The notes beneath the pieces were generated by a model. That model had not been told where the DNA came from and made no database searches. It saw only the letters and a program-made list of their open reading frames with translations. This document shows positions 12,825-24,592 of a stretch of 64,000 nucleotides of DNA, in pieces (the first letter of the stretch is position 1; every line of letters starts with the position of its first letter). Both the position numbers and the translations under genes were made by a program. The stretch lies in contig JAGIQG010000013.1 in NCBI GenBank assembly GCA_024679065.1, positions 35,588,001 through 35,652,000 on the forward strand. Reading direction: 5' to 3'. The DNA comes from Sphyrna mokarran (Eukaryota).

Positions 12825-13590
12825 AAACTGGGGATGTTCACTGATGATCACACAATGTTCAGCATCACTTACAACTCCTCAGATACTAAAGCAGTCCATG
12901 TCCAAACGCAGAAAGGCCTGGGCTGACAAGTGGCTAGTAAAATTCGTACCACACGTGTGCCAGGCAATGACCTTCTCCAAAGAGAAGAATCTAATCATCA
13001 CCCATTGATATTCAATATTGGATCCCCAACTATCAACATCCTGGTGTGGGGGCGGGGGAGGGTGGTGATGGTGAAACAGACATTAATCTGGGTCAAAGAC
13101 TACAAATTCTGCAGTGACCCTCTCCAAAGCTGTCCACCATCTAAAAGGCACAAGTCAGGATTGGAATGGAATAGTCTCTACTTGCCTGGATGAGTACAGC
13201 TCCAACAACAAGCAGCAGCTCAACACCATGCAGGACAAAGCAGCCTGCTTGATTGCTACCCTTTCCACAAAAACTCACGAACAGTGGCAACATGTACCAT
13301 CCTCAAGATTCACCATAGGAACACACCAAGACTTCTTGGACAGCACCTTCCAAATCCAAGACCATTACCATCTAGAAGGATAATATCACTACCACAAGTC
13401 ACTCACCATCCTCGCTTAGAAATATATCACCATTCCTTCACTGTTGCTTAACAGCACTGTGGTTTTACCTACACTTCAGGGACTACATTTTTTTAAAAAG
13501 GCAGCTCATCAATACCTTCTGAAGGGCAACTCAGGATAAGCAATAAATGCTGGCCTAGTCAGCACTGCCCACATCCTGTAAATGAATGGA
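12825..13590 (+). mobile_element. CR1/L2-clade LINE 3' fragment
   Basis: GMFTDDHTMFS (decayed FADD) and QLNTMQDKAACLI. Its 3' end gcaataaatgctggcctagtcagcactgcccacatcc is shared with the SINE at 4703-5060. Confidence 0.8.
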
Positions 13591-15019
13591 AAAGGACCAT
13601 GGAGTAGTCCAACTCCAACATAGGACAGCTTGGAACACAACTACATGATAGCACTAGCTGGTGCAAACAGAGTACTGATGGACACTGTTCAGACTTCATT
13701 AGTAGCAGAAGAAGCCTTGCAGTGATGCTGTGTAGTGAAACTCAGACTGCGATCAGGAAATTTTGGCTTGTTGCAATGCAAGTCTACACTGCTACCATCA
13801 TGGCAGAAGCTCCAATGCTCAGAGAGACTTGCAGACTCCCACGACATCACTATCCTCATAGCATTGCAGAGGAGTCGTTCTAGAATTAATAGCGAAAGTG
13901 GCACTAGAGAAAAATGAGTGTTCTGACCAGTGCTATCCTGCCAGTGCCTTTGCCCATCATTCAGCCAGTCCAGACTGTTACCCTCCCATGCCAATGTGGT
14001 GCAGTCTAAAGCTGGGTCTCAAGACCTGCATAGCCAGCTGCAGTCTCCACCATTGATTTCATAGGAACACAAGGACAGACAAAATCAGGCACTAAGTAAA
14101 AAGTAGTCATTGTTGTTTGCACAATTTGATTTGTTGTTGGTGGCTTGTTGCTGTTGGATGGTAGTCAAAGAGCAGCGATAATGGGGCAGTTTATGGGGAA
14201 TAGTTTCACTGAAAACAGCATCGATAATCTGCTCTGACAGGTTACCTGATTACAAGGGGTCAGGATCCCTTTGTCTTTTTCACTCTCCGCATAGTTTACC
14301 TCTTTTCACAGTCATGTTACAGACAGAGACACTGCTATCACAGCTCCTCTATCTGGATCAGGTACCTCTCTGACTTAAGCTTGATATTTTGATATGGTTG
14401 CTCATCGGTCCAATGTCCTCAACAAGATCCTGAGGATTCAGGAGAAATAGAAGAAGAAATGATCAAGTATGGAAAAAGTGCTTTAGAACCAAGGGGAGTA
14501 TGGCAATTTCTTCTGGCTCTACATTTCGGTATTGTGGTGGGGCTTTTAATGTTAGGGGCACAATTTTAATCAGCACGTCCGCCTAAGGGTTATACGATCA
14601 TGCCCAATGCCAACAAAGAATGCTGTTCTCCAAGCCTCGCCCACTTCCGGAATTGGGGCAAGCATGCCGATAAAATTCCGACTTATAAGTTAGACCAACG
14701 CAAGAACCAAAAAAATCCTGAGCAGAACATACCCGACCCTGGGCTGATGTATGTATCATTGGACAAGTATCAGACAGGCCTTGGAAGCAAGGCATAGCCC
14801 TGTAAAAATAAATATTTTTGCCTTCATTTTGCAGAGGCAAAACAAAGAAAAGATGGTGGAAGGAGAGGGGGAGGGAGTAGAAAAGATCAGAGTGGAAGAC
14901 AGAAGAGCCAGTTGCTGAGCGATAGACTCTGAGAAATATTTTTACATTTTGTTTCCTAAGTGATGCCACAAGAGATGGACTAGTAAAGATTGAACATTTT
15001 CCCAAAACATTCAGCAATC

Positions 15020-15080
15020 AAATGAATACAAACCATGAGCAAACTTTAATTAACACAAGTGTTTTATGTACATACATTTG
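15020..15080 (-). terminator. Candidate PTGFRN polyadenylation site (ATTAAA), implying a ~3.7-kb 3' UTR
   Basis: Plus-strand tttaat at 15045-15050 reads ATTAAA on minus. It is preceded by TGTA motifs and followed by a GT/T-rich tract. I found no AATAAA on minus between here and the stop codon. Confidence 0.35.
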
Positions 15081-15824
15081 AAAACAATTGCAACTCACTG
15101 TGGTAATAAATGCTTCAGTAAATTTTGTGCAGAAGTGTGAACAATTAAAAAACTTAAACGCTCCTAAAAGTTTGGATGTGTTAAGAAATTTAGTTTAACT
15201 TTTCTTTGCCCTTTTGATTTTACACTGACATTTGGTTAACCCACATGTGCAAGGCAATTGACAGAACAGTATGTTTAGGAAATCTTCAAGTTCAAAATGA
15301 TTTTTCAGATCAGTTCCCTGAAGGGAATATGTCAGATTCTTTTAACAGTATAAATAATATTTCAAGAAATTATATAGGAAGAGAAGTGGTTTTTGCAACT
15401 GAGCACCAGAGTGTGGTAAGAGTGTGTCGTACCTAAAATTACGTTGACAGGAAATCACTCAAAGTCTGGGGGTGGGGGCTTTTTAAGATTAAAAATCCCT
15501 GATTTCTAATGAGTGGGTGCAGCATGGATACATCCTTTGGAAGCATGGTCATTCATAAATTATAGCCAGATACACCCTGATAATTTAGTTCTGAAATGAG
15601 GTTTCTATTAAATCTTTTTTAACACTATCTCATATCACTAGTGTGAAATCTAAACCACCACAAGAGTAAATTTCAATTGCTAAATGGCATATGGAGTTTT
15701 TTTTAAAAAAAAACCAGTGAAGGTGATTCCAACTGGATTAACACATTCCTCTCTACTCACCATCCAAAAAAATGCAATTGCCATGCACATGCTTGGATCG
15801 TTTCTAAGGCTTTGTTATGCAAAT

Positions 15825-16120
15825 CATAGAATCCTTATATGCGGGAGGCTATTTGGTCCACGGAGCCTCTGCCGACCATGCCCTATCCCCGTAGCCCCAC
15901 ATATTTAAACCTGCTAAACTCCCCTAACATTACAAGGCAATTTAGCATGGCCAATCAACCTAACCCACACATCTTTGGTCTGTGGGAATAAACAGGCACA
16001 CCTGGAGGAAATCCATGCAGACACAGGGAGAATGTGCAAACTCCACACAAACAATGCAGCTGGGAATTGAACCATGTCCCTGGTGCTGTGAGGCAACAGT
16101 GCTAACCACTGTGCCACCGC
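15825..16120 (-). mobile_element. HE1-like V-SINE (type A) within the presumptive PTGFRN 3' UTR
   Basis: catagaatcc.., V-domain, and gtgaggcaacagtgctaaccactgtgccaccg (rc of SINE head). Confidence 0.88.
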
Positions 16121-18732
16121 ACTGCCTATGTGAATTGACCATCTTAAAAATTCAATATGCTGCTTCCTCGTAAAAGAAAATTGCCAGAAAAAGAGAACTT
16201 TTTGTCATATTCTGCAAGTGTCAACAGCAAAGCCATTCAAAAAAGTTCAATTTCACAACTAAAGAAGTGTGGGAATGGAAATTTGAATGTCTCAAACAGA
16301 TGCTTTGGGTCTCAGCTCCAGTGCGCACAAAATTCCAGCAAAATCCATCAGGAGGTTAATTCTGATATGGTGTATTTCAAAATGGCTGACTGGTTCATTG
16401 ATTATCTGACACTAAATAAAAGACAAATGCACAATTTGGAAATCCGAAATAACAAAGTATCAGAACACACAGATTAGTTAACTGTACTGCCAGTGTATGT
16501 CTAATATACACTTACAAGGACATCAAGGAAGAGATTCTCTAAGAAAAAGGAACAGTACTAAGTGGTTGTGATTAGTCATTAATGTTGCAGGTTCAAGTGC
16601 CATTGTATAAATGGCCAATCCTTTAAACAAAATTCAACGCAAAATTAATTTAAAAATCCTAAATTTTACTGGAGAGTATTTCAGTCATTCAATTAAATAG
16701 TTGAAAAGACTTTTTGCAGTGTTACGGCAGTAATTCTCACTAAGTGACTTTGGCACTTGGCTATGTGCTAACTTGTATAAACCAAAACTGCATCTGCAAA
16801 ACTGCAAAACACATCCCAAGCATAAAACAATTATTTGCTTCTTAATAATGTATCGGAGATGATAGAAAATCTGTGTTGTACTTGATTGTTTTCTCCCATT
16901 GATGCTGTTAATTAACATGCTTCACTTATCCTGCAAGTGAGAGAGCAGCCATGTATGGCCATTGCACGGTTGTACAAATATTTAGAGGCCTAAATTTCCC
17001 TCCAGGGTAGGTTCATTGCCTGAGGTATGTATGAGGCTGGCCTTGTATTTTAATGGGTTGGGCAATGCAGGCATATTTTCTGGCAGCAACAGTGAGCCTG
17101 CTACTGCCAGGATGAATGGTGATACTGCAGTGCACCAGTTGACAAACTTAAAGGCCAAAGAAAAAAAGAGAGGCTTCCACTACTGGGTCCCATTCCCTCC
17201 AGGAACAGTTTCCACACGCCTTGCAATGCTGCCTCAAAATCTCTATTATTAGCCATCAGCATCTGTAGCAACAGAATCCAGGAAAATCGGGCAGATTTCT
17301 TGGGCTCTTCCTCTGCCATCATTAATGTGGTGAGGTGATGAAGGGGCAGCCGGCTGCCTTCCCAGCTTGGGCAGGAGGATAATCCATAGTGTTGTTCAGG
17401 GCGGAATGGGCCTCTCATTCAGTTTCATTTTTCCATGCAGAGCATCTAATTTAGGTCAGTTATCGAGGAAAGAGAGAAAGTCATCGATCTTATTTCCCAA
17501 CTGCCCCTCAGCGTGCCAAACAGGAGGAAGAGACAATCAATAAGGCCCCTCACTCTGTGCCTCCGGTATAAGTAACAACATTGTGATAAATCTGGAAACA
17601 TGTTTGTTTTTATAACTGCTTAATCAGGGATAAAATTGTCTCCCACTGGAGTGCCAATAAAGGACTGGGCAATGAAAATAGTTTTTAAAAAAAAAACAGT
17701 CCACCACTGAGCGTTTAAAAATTTAAAAAAAGTTATAGTTCAAAAAATGTATCTTATGTAGCAAGTGTAAGAAAAACAGGATTTATCACACAGAATTACT
17801 TGCTCCAGCAGCAGTCAACAATTTAGTCTGATCTTTTCATTGTTTCTTTAAAACTGCACCAATTGCAACCTCTCCTTAATTTGCATAAACTATACCGATG
17901 CCAAAGTAAATATTTTTGTACCAAGATCAGATAGAATTGTACTGCACTGGAGTGGACTGCATCAAGATCAATCTCCCTTTAGGGTAAATTTCAACCCTTG
18001 CAAATTCAAAGACAGTGGTTATTCCCTCTCAATAGGGTCTTGGGAATGCATTGTACATGATGGAACCTCTGCCCTTCTCTCTAAATGCTCCAGAAATAAT
18101 ATCTTCTGTTACAAGTCTGTATGGCAGTGAAACCATTGGTCTCCCTTTCGAGCCAGCCAGTCTTTTATCCATGCTTTCCAGAATGGTGTTAACATTGTTC
18201 ATTTTACTGATTTCAGCCTTTGTAAGCAAGCTGGTTGAACTCGGCACTCTGCCCGAATTGATATTTCACTGCAACTTTGAACTTGAATATCACAGAACAA
18301 AATCCCCATTCACATTACTCCTCATGAGAACAAAATCCAGATTACAGCCTGAACCCAATGATAACCTGAAACCACAGTAATGGTGACTGACCAGCAGAGA
18401 CCAAGGAAACGTCGCTGGTGTTTTATCTTCTCTAGGCAGAGATGGTCAGATGTTGAGAAACACTGGCAGTATCTCTGAAATATCACTTGCTGCACGTAAG
18501 AAATAATTAACAAAAATCACACTGACATTCCCATAAAGTGTTTTTACCCCACTTGAATACCGGAACATGGCTTTTTTAAAAAAACAAAATTACGATCATT
18601 GCACATGTTAACATTCTAATAAAGACAGGACACCTCCTCAACATCTGCTTTTTCATCCTCCCCAAATTGCAGAGAGTAGGTAGTTTTCGCAGTTCATCTA
18701 ATGGTCACCCTGCAATACTGCAAGAGATCGTC

Positions 18733-18896
18733 TCAGTCCGTGCCCATTGGGATTAACCTGTGTTGCTCATATCTTGGTGTAATTTTCTCCCCAGAGCAGT
18801 ATAGAGAGGCACACTTTCCGATTGCACAGGCGAGAACTCCAATCAATAAGGCGATACCAATCCCATATATCAAAGGCATCTTAAAGGAATCTAGCA
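18733..18896 (-). CDS. PTGFRN: PTGFRN last coding exon 9 (transmembrane helix + cytoplasmic tail, TGA stop)
   Basis: Not in the ORF track; translated by hand. Long polypyrimidine acceptor ccctttcctcccctccAG, then VLDSFKMPLIYGIGIALLIGVLACAIGKCASLYCSGEKITPRYEQHRLIPMGTD*. Homologous to recalled human VLNAFKYPLLIGVGLSTVIGLLSCLIGYC...RLMSMEMD*. Confidence 0.93.
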
Positions 18897-19424
18897 CTGG
18901 AGGGGAGGAAAGGGAAAGGATGAAGCAGGAGAGAGAGCAAGAGAGAGAACGTTAGTGAAAACACAGTTAATGCTTTTTCTTTAGTCTGCCCTCCCAATCC
19001 CCACATTATGCAAATATTCTTTCTATTTTAGCATCATTTTTATGCAGTTTATCTGAATTGTATTTTTGAGTCCTATTTGTATTCAACCTTTCTCAGCTAC
19101 CTGATCATCCTGTGGTCTTAATATTGCCTTTATTATTAATTCATTTCCCATTACTTCATTTACCATTAAGTGCCTATGTTTTAACTATTTCTCACTGTTT
19201 TACTGGATTTGTTTATCTTTCCCTTCTTTCTCAGCCATCTGTTTATTATCTGTTATTCCTCAATCCTGATTGGAGAAGGAAAAACTAATGGCTTCCCATC
19301 CACATGAAAAGGACACTTCAGAACTCGGAATGTCTTGTACAACAATGTCTGATCATTGAATGATAACAAAATAATTATGGCTAAAAGGCAGCCAGTTGAT
19401 ACATCCCCCTCTATATCCACTTAA

Positions 19425-19560
19425 GTGTGCCATTCAGCCCTTTGAGTCTGCACCAACTTTCAGACACAGCACTCCACCCAGGCCCTCTGCAGCGCCACAC
19501 ATTTTCCGTGGCTAATCCATCTAACCTACACATCTTAGGACACTAAGGGGTAATTTAGTG
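19425..19560 (-). mobile_element. V-SINE 3' fragment
   Basis: gccattcagccctttgagtctgcacc..ctaatccatctaacctacacatcttaggacactaagggg. Confidence 0.65.
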
Positions 19561-20169
19561 AATCATAGATACTGTCAGACAAGCTAGTTCGATCTAGGAT
19601 TTTATCTGTGGAAAAACAACATGATAAAAATCAGAAAAACACAAAGGGAATTTTTTGTGGCCAAAAGCTGTAAACGTGAGGATTATTTACTTTATCTTGT
19701 GCATAGGATTTCAATATCAATGTCACAGTGTAAAAAATCCCAGCCATGTAATCAAACCCGCTTTTATTACATGTTTACTTTCACAAGATGAGCAATTACC
19801 ATGTTGTCATAGGAACATTCTCCTCACAACACTGCTTAACTAACCGTCTTGAGGATGTCACGATCTTAAAATAGACTGGGACAAAAAAAAGCTATTCTAC
19901 CACAAGTATCCTACCAGGGACAGTGAATTCCAGAATTGGGGAGAGGTTGGATTGGAAGAAGTTATTAAAAAAAAACACCCATCCTTCTGGCATTTACATT
20001 AACTCAGCAAAGAAGCATGCAGTCCAACCTACTGGATTTTTAGCTTTTGCTGCACTTGGTCAATTCATTATTTATGGATTAGGAACATTTCTTTCCTAAA
20101 GTGGCAAACAGTGGTTCATAAATATTGTACTCTGCCCAGAGTCAAATCTGCAGCCAATATATGCACCAA

Positions 20170-20485
20170 TCATAGAATCCCTGTAGTGCAGAGGGGGCCA
20201 TTCAGTCCTTTGAGTCTGCACCAACTCTCAGACAGACATTCCACCCAGGCCTTCCGCAACCCTATTCGATGGCTAATCCATCTAACTTACACATCTTGGG
20301 ACACTAAGGAGGAATTTAATATGGCCAATCGACCTAACCTACACAGCTTTGGTCTGAGAGAGGAAACCAGAGCACCTGGGGTAAATCCATGCAGATGCTG
20401 GGAGAATGTCCCACACAGTCATCCAAGGCTGGAATTGAACCTTGATTCCTGAACTTATGAGGCAACATTGGTAACCACTGCACCA
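20170..20485 (-). mobile_element. HE1-like V-SINE (type A)
   Basis: catagaatccctgtagtgcag tail, V-domain, gaattgaacc B-box. Confidence 0.85.
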
Positions 20486-20582
20486 CTCTATCCAAAGAAA
20501 TCTGTTAATATATTGAGCGTAACCAATAATTCCTGCTTATTTATAAAAGACACTTTTGATTTATGTTCTGAACAACTTTTAT

Positions 20583-21870
20583 AGATTCGTGAAGGGAAAG
20601 TCGTGTATAACAAATTTAGTGGATTTTTTTGAAGATGTGACTAGTACGGTAGACAAAGGGGAACTGGTGGATGTGGTATTTTTAGATTTCCAGAAGGCAT
20701 TCGATAACATGCCACACAAAAGGTTGCTGCAGAAGGTTACGGTACACAGAATTGGGGGTAAAGTGTTAGTGTGGATTGAGGATTGGTTATCTAACAGGAA
20801 GCAGAAAATTGGAATCAATGGATGCTTTTCTGGTTGGCAGTTGGTGACTAGTGCAGTGCCGCAGGGATTGGTGTTGGGGCCTCAACTGTGTACCATATAC
20901 AAAGACGATCTGGAGGAGGGGGCTGAGTGTAGGGTAACAAAATTTGCTGATGACACGAAGATGAGTGGAAAAGCAAATTGCGTGGAGAGTGCAGCAAGTC
21001 TGCAGAGAGATCTGGAATAGGCTGAGTGAGTGGGCGAGAACCTGGCAGATGGAGTATAAATTAGCAAATGTGAGGTTATCCACTTTGGTAGAAATAATAG
21101 TAGAGGGAATATTATTTAAAGGGTGAAAAGCTGCAGCATGCTACAGTGCAGACGGACCTGGGGGTCCTTGTGCACAAATCGCAAAAACCCAGTCTGCAGG
21201 TGCAGCAGGTGATCAAGAAGGCGAATGGAATGTTGGCCTTTATCACAAGGGGGATAAAATATAAAAGCAGGGAAGTCTTTCTGCAACTGTACAAGGCACT
21301 GGTGAGGCCACAACTGGAGTACTATGTGCAGTTTGGTCCCCTTATTTGCAAAAGGATATATTGGCCTTGGAGGGAACGCAGAGAAGGTTCACCAGGCTGA
21401 TACTGGAGATGAGGGGGTTAGCTTATGAGGAGAGATTAAATAGACTGGACCTGTACTCGTTAGAGTTTAGAAGGCTGAGGGAAGATCTCAGAGACTTGCA
21501 AGATAGTGAAGGGGCTAGATAGGGTAGAGGTAGAGAGATTCATTCCGCTTAGAAAGGAAAACAGAACTAGAGGTCTCATTCTAGCCTTGAAATAAGGGGC
21601 AGGGGGGCTGGCAGTTTAGAAAGGAATTGAACAGGAACTTCTTCACTCAAAGGGTGGTGAATCTCTGGAATTCTCTACCCAACAAGGTGGTGGTTACCTC
21701 GTTGAATTTATTTAAGTCACGGGTAGATAGAATTCAGTTGGCCAAGGGAATTAAGGGTTAGGGGGAGAAAGTGGAACTGATCCACTTCAGATCAGCCATG
21801 ATTTTACTGAATGGCAGGACAGGCTTGAGGGGCTAGATGGTCTAATCCTGCTCCTATTTCTTATGTTCTT
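20583..21870 (+). mobile_element. 5'-truncated CR1 LINE (RT pseudogene + 3' UTR)
   Basis: ORF 20556-21020 GKSCITNL..DVVFLDFQKAFD..GLVLGP..KFADDTK; ORF 21146-21400 YKALVRPQLEY; stops and frameshifts; ends ctcctatttcttatgttct. Confidence 0.95.
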
Positions 21871-22774
21871 TATGAAAAAAAACTACTGCCTGAAGATCAA
21901 AAGGTCAAAAGATGTAACATCACTGGTACAAGTGCCAATTGCAATCTGCTAAACCAGCTTTTGGAGGTTGAACTTGGTGTTCTGAAGTGAATCATGGCCT
22001 TTTCTGAGTCATTTCAAGGTACTGCCAGGTTTAACAACAACTCCAGCGGTCTGAACTTTGATCTTTACCAAGTTGGTCATTCTCAGTCAGGTGTTACCAT
22101 GGGCTTTACCAGTCCTCAAGCTGGAAAGGGAGTAGAGGAACAATTAAAAAGGCTTATTGCTCTTGATTCCCATCCATAAGGGATTTTCACAGTAAATTCA
22201 TTGCAGCATTACTGTAAGCCTACTTGTCACACTAATAAATAAACTTCAAACTTGACTCATCTGGCAAAATAAGAACGTGTGTGAGCATCTATGAACACTG
22301 GTAAAAAATTGGAATGTGGATGTGATGATATTAACAGTCAATAGCCTGTCCCCTAGATTCACACAAAGAAACAGACTGGTTTCAGAAAAGAACATGAAAC
22401 TTACACTAGAAATAAAACAATCAATCATACTAATGATGATGGTAAGAACAGAACGTTTACCACAAAAATATATTTCCTTGATAATTTTACAACTATAAGA
22501 CATTCCCCGCCTCCCTCCCCACCCCACCAATTTGCCAACACATACAATTCCCCAAATGTGAATATCATATTGTTGCTGTACATCCATCAGTATGGACTTG
22601 GATATGTGATCTTATGTAAAATGATGCATCTCATTTCCAGTTCCCAGTGGAAGTCAGACAAAAAGGTAGAGTGCTCCACTTGTTTCAAAGATATGGCATA
22701 ACTTTTCAACAAACCAATTTAACAGCAAAATGTTCACCAGGTAAATTAAGCATTTTAATTCCTTCCCTCACCTA

Positions 22775-23750
22775 AAGACCATAAGACCAGTAATAGGCCA
22801 TTCAGCCCCTCGAGTCTGCTCTTCCATTCAACAGGATCATGACCGATCCGACTTTTCTCACGTCCATTTTCCTGTCCTTTCCCTGTAATGTTCGATTCAC
22901 TCACTGATCAAAAATCTATTTCAGCATTAAATTACACAAGGACTTTGTCCCCACACTCTCTGCAGCAAGGAGTTCCGAAGACTCAATGCTCAAAAGAAAT
23001 TCCTCATCTTAAATTGGTACCTTTTTATTCTGAGACTATGCCCTCTGGTCGTAGACTGAGCTGAGAGGAAACAGCTCCTCAGCATTTACTCTGTCAAGCA
23101 CCTTAAGAATCCTATATATTTCAACAATATCACCCCTCGTTCTCCTAAATTCTAGTGGGTACAGCCCCAACCTGTCAAATGTTTCCTCATAAGGCAATCC
23201 CTCCAAACCAGGGATCATCCTAGTGACCTTCTCTGAACTGTCTCCAATTAAATATCATTATTTAAATAAGGGGATCAAAACTGCTTACAGTGCTCCAGAT
23301 GTGGTCTCACCAGTAACTTGAACAGTTGCAGCAAGACATTCTACTCTTATATTCCAACTCCGGTGAAATAAGGGCCAACATTCCATTAGCCTTCCCGATT
23401 AACTGCTGTATTTGTATGCTGGCTTTCTGTGTTTCATGCACAAGTACCCTTAAGCTCCTTTGTGTTTCAGCTTTCTGCAATTTTTTTCCATCTAAATAAT
23501 AATGTTTTGTTTCCCCTTCTGAAATGAACTTTACATTTTCCCACATTATACAGCATTTGCCAAATTTTGCCTATTTACTTAACCCATCAATCCCTCTTGC
23601 AACTTTCCTCTCTGCCTATTTTTGTGCCGTCTGCAAATTTGACTGCAGTACATTCGCTGCCTTCCTCCAAATCATTAATACATACTGCAAACAGTTGCAG
23701 TCCCAGCACTGATCCCTGTGGAAACTCGTTGGTTAAAGGTCACCAATCCA
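22775..23750 (-). mobile_element. 5'-truncated degenerate CR1 LINE
   Basis: Minus ORFs MIPGLEGLPYEE..RLGLYPLEFRR and KANGMLALI; 3' terminus taagaccataagacc. Confidence 0.92.
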
Positions 23751-23894
23751 TGTCAATATACTACCTCTAACACTATGGGTTCATCTGGCATGTTTTAAAA
23801 GAAACATCCAGGAAAGCTGGAAAGTAGCCCCAACCACACTAAAGCACTTCATGTTTACCCAACAGCATCACCTTAATGAGCAAAGCAAACTCAC

Positions 23895-24197
23895 CGGAAA
23901 TATCAACACGTATGGAAAGTGAATCAGATTGCTGCGGGGGCATTTTCTGCCACAATCCAGTCTCTGATTTTACCCAAGGTGTGACTGCGCAGAAATAATC
24001 CCCAGTAGCAGTCTTCTCAGAACAGTGTAGTCGCAGCCGGAATTCATGCGTACTGACTCGTTCAACACTGATGTCATTGGCACTACCATCCTTCAGATAT
24101 GTCACCACCGACCTCTGATCCACTGACACCAGGGGACTTTGGGTTGTGTCATTGGAGAACCGTTGGGTCACAAACCATTCTACCTCATACAAGACAT
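23895..24197 (-). CDS. PTGFRN: PTGFRN coding exon 8 (C-terminal part of Ig-V domain 6)
   Basis: Acceptor tcttcttcctAG and donor G|GTGAGT; 303 bp. Encodes DVLYEVEWF...ISVERVSTHEFRLRLHCSE...GDYFCAVTPWVKSETGLWQK. Confidence 0.94.
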
Positions 24198-24434
24198 CTA
24201 GGAAGAAGATCAATTGATCCAAACAAGTTATTACTGAGTCACTATAATCATTGGCATATTTAAATTCAATTCAACACTTTAAGATTCAATTCCTTCTCTA
24301 CAACCTGTTTCTATGCTTCCATTAAAAACAGAATTTGATGAAATACTATGCTGTGTCAAAGGAATGAGTAGATACTGAAATTTAAAGGCTATGAGTATTC
24401 AAAAGATAATCCTTAATGATTACAATCAAAACAG

Positions 24435-24461
24435 AGGGAGAGCGAGAGAGAGAGAGAGAGA
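24435..24461 (+). repeat. (GA)n microsatellite
   Basis: gggagagcgagagagagagagagag. Confidence 0.8.
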
Positions 24462-24499
24462 AAGAAAACGATTGGACATAAGCAAATTATTGCAGATGT

Positions 24500-24592
24500 T
24501 GTCAAAGCTTTGACAAAGGCTCATCTGGATTTAAAATATTGGCTCTTTTCTCTCCTTACAGATGCTGAGATTTTCCAACATTTTCTCTTTTG
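24500..24592 (+). mobile_element. Penelope-like terminal repeat fragment with a decayed hammerhead
   Basis: tgacaaaggctcatctggatttaaaatattggctcttttctctccttacagatgctg..ttttccaacattttctctttt. It starts in a perfect 16-bp palindrome tgtcaaagctttgaca; the GAAA core is mutated. Confidence 0.5.
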
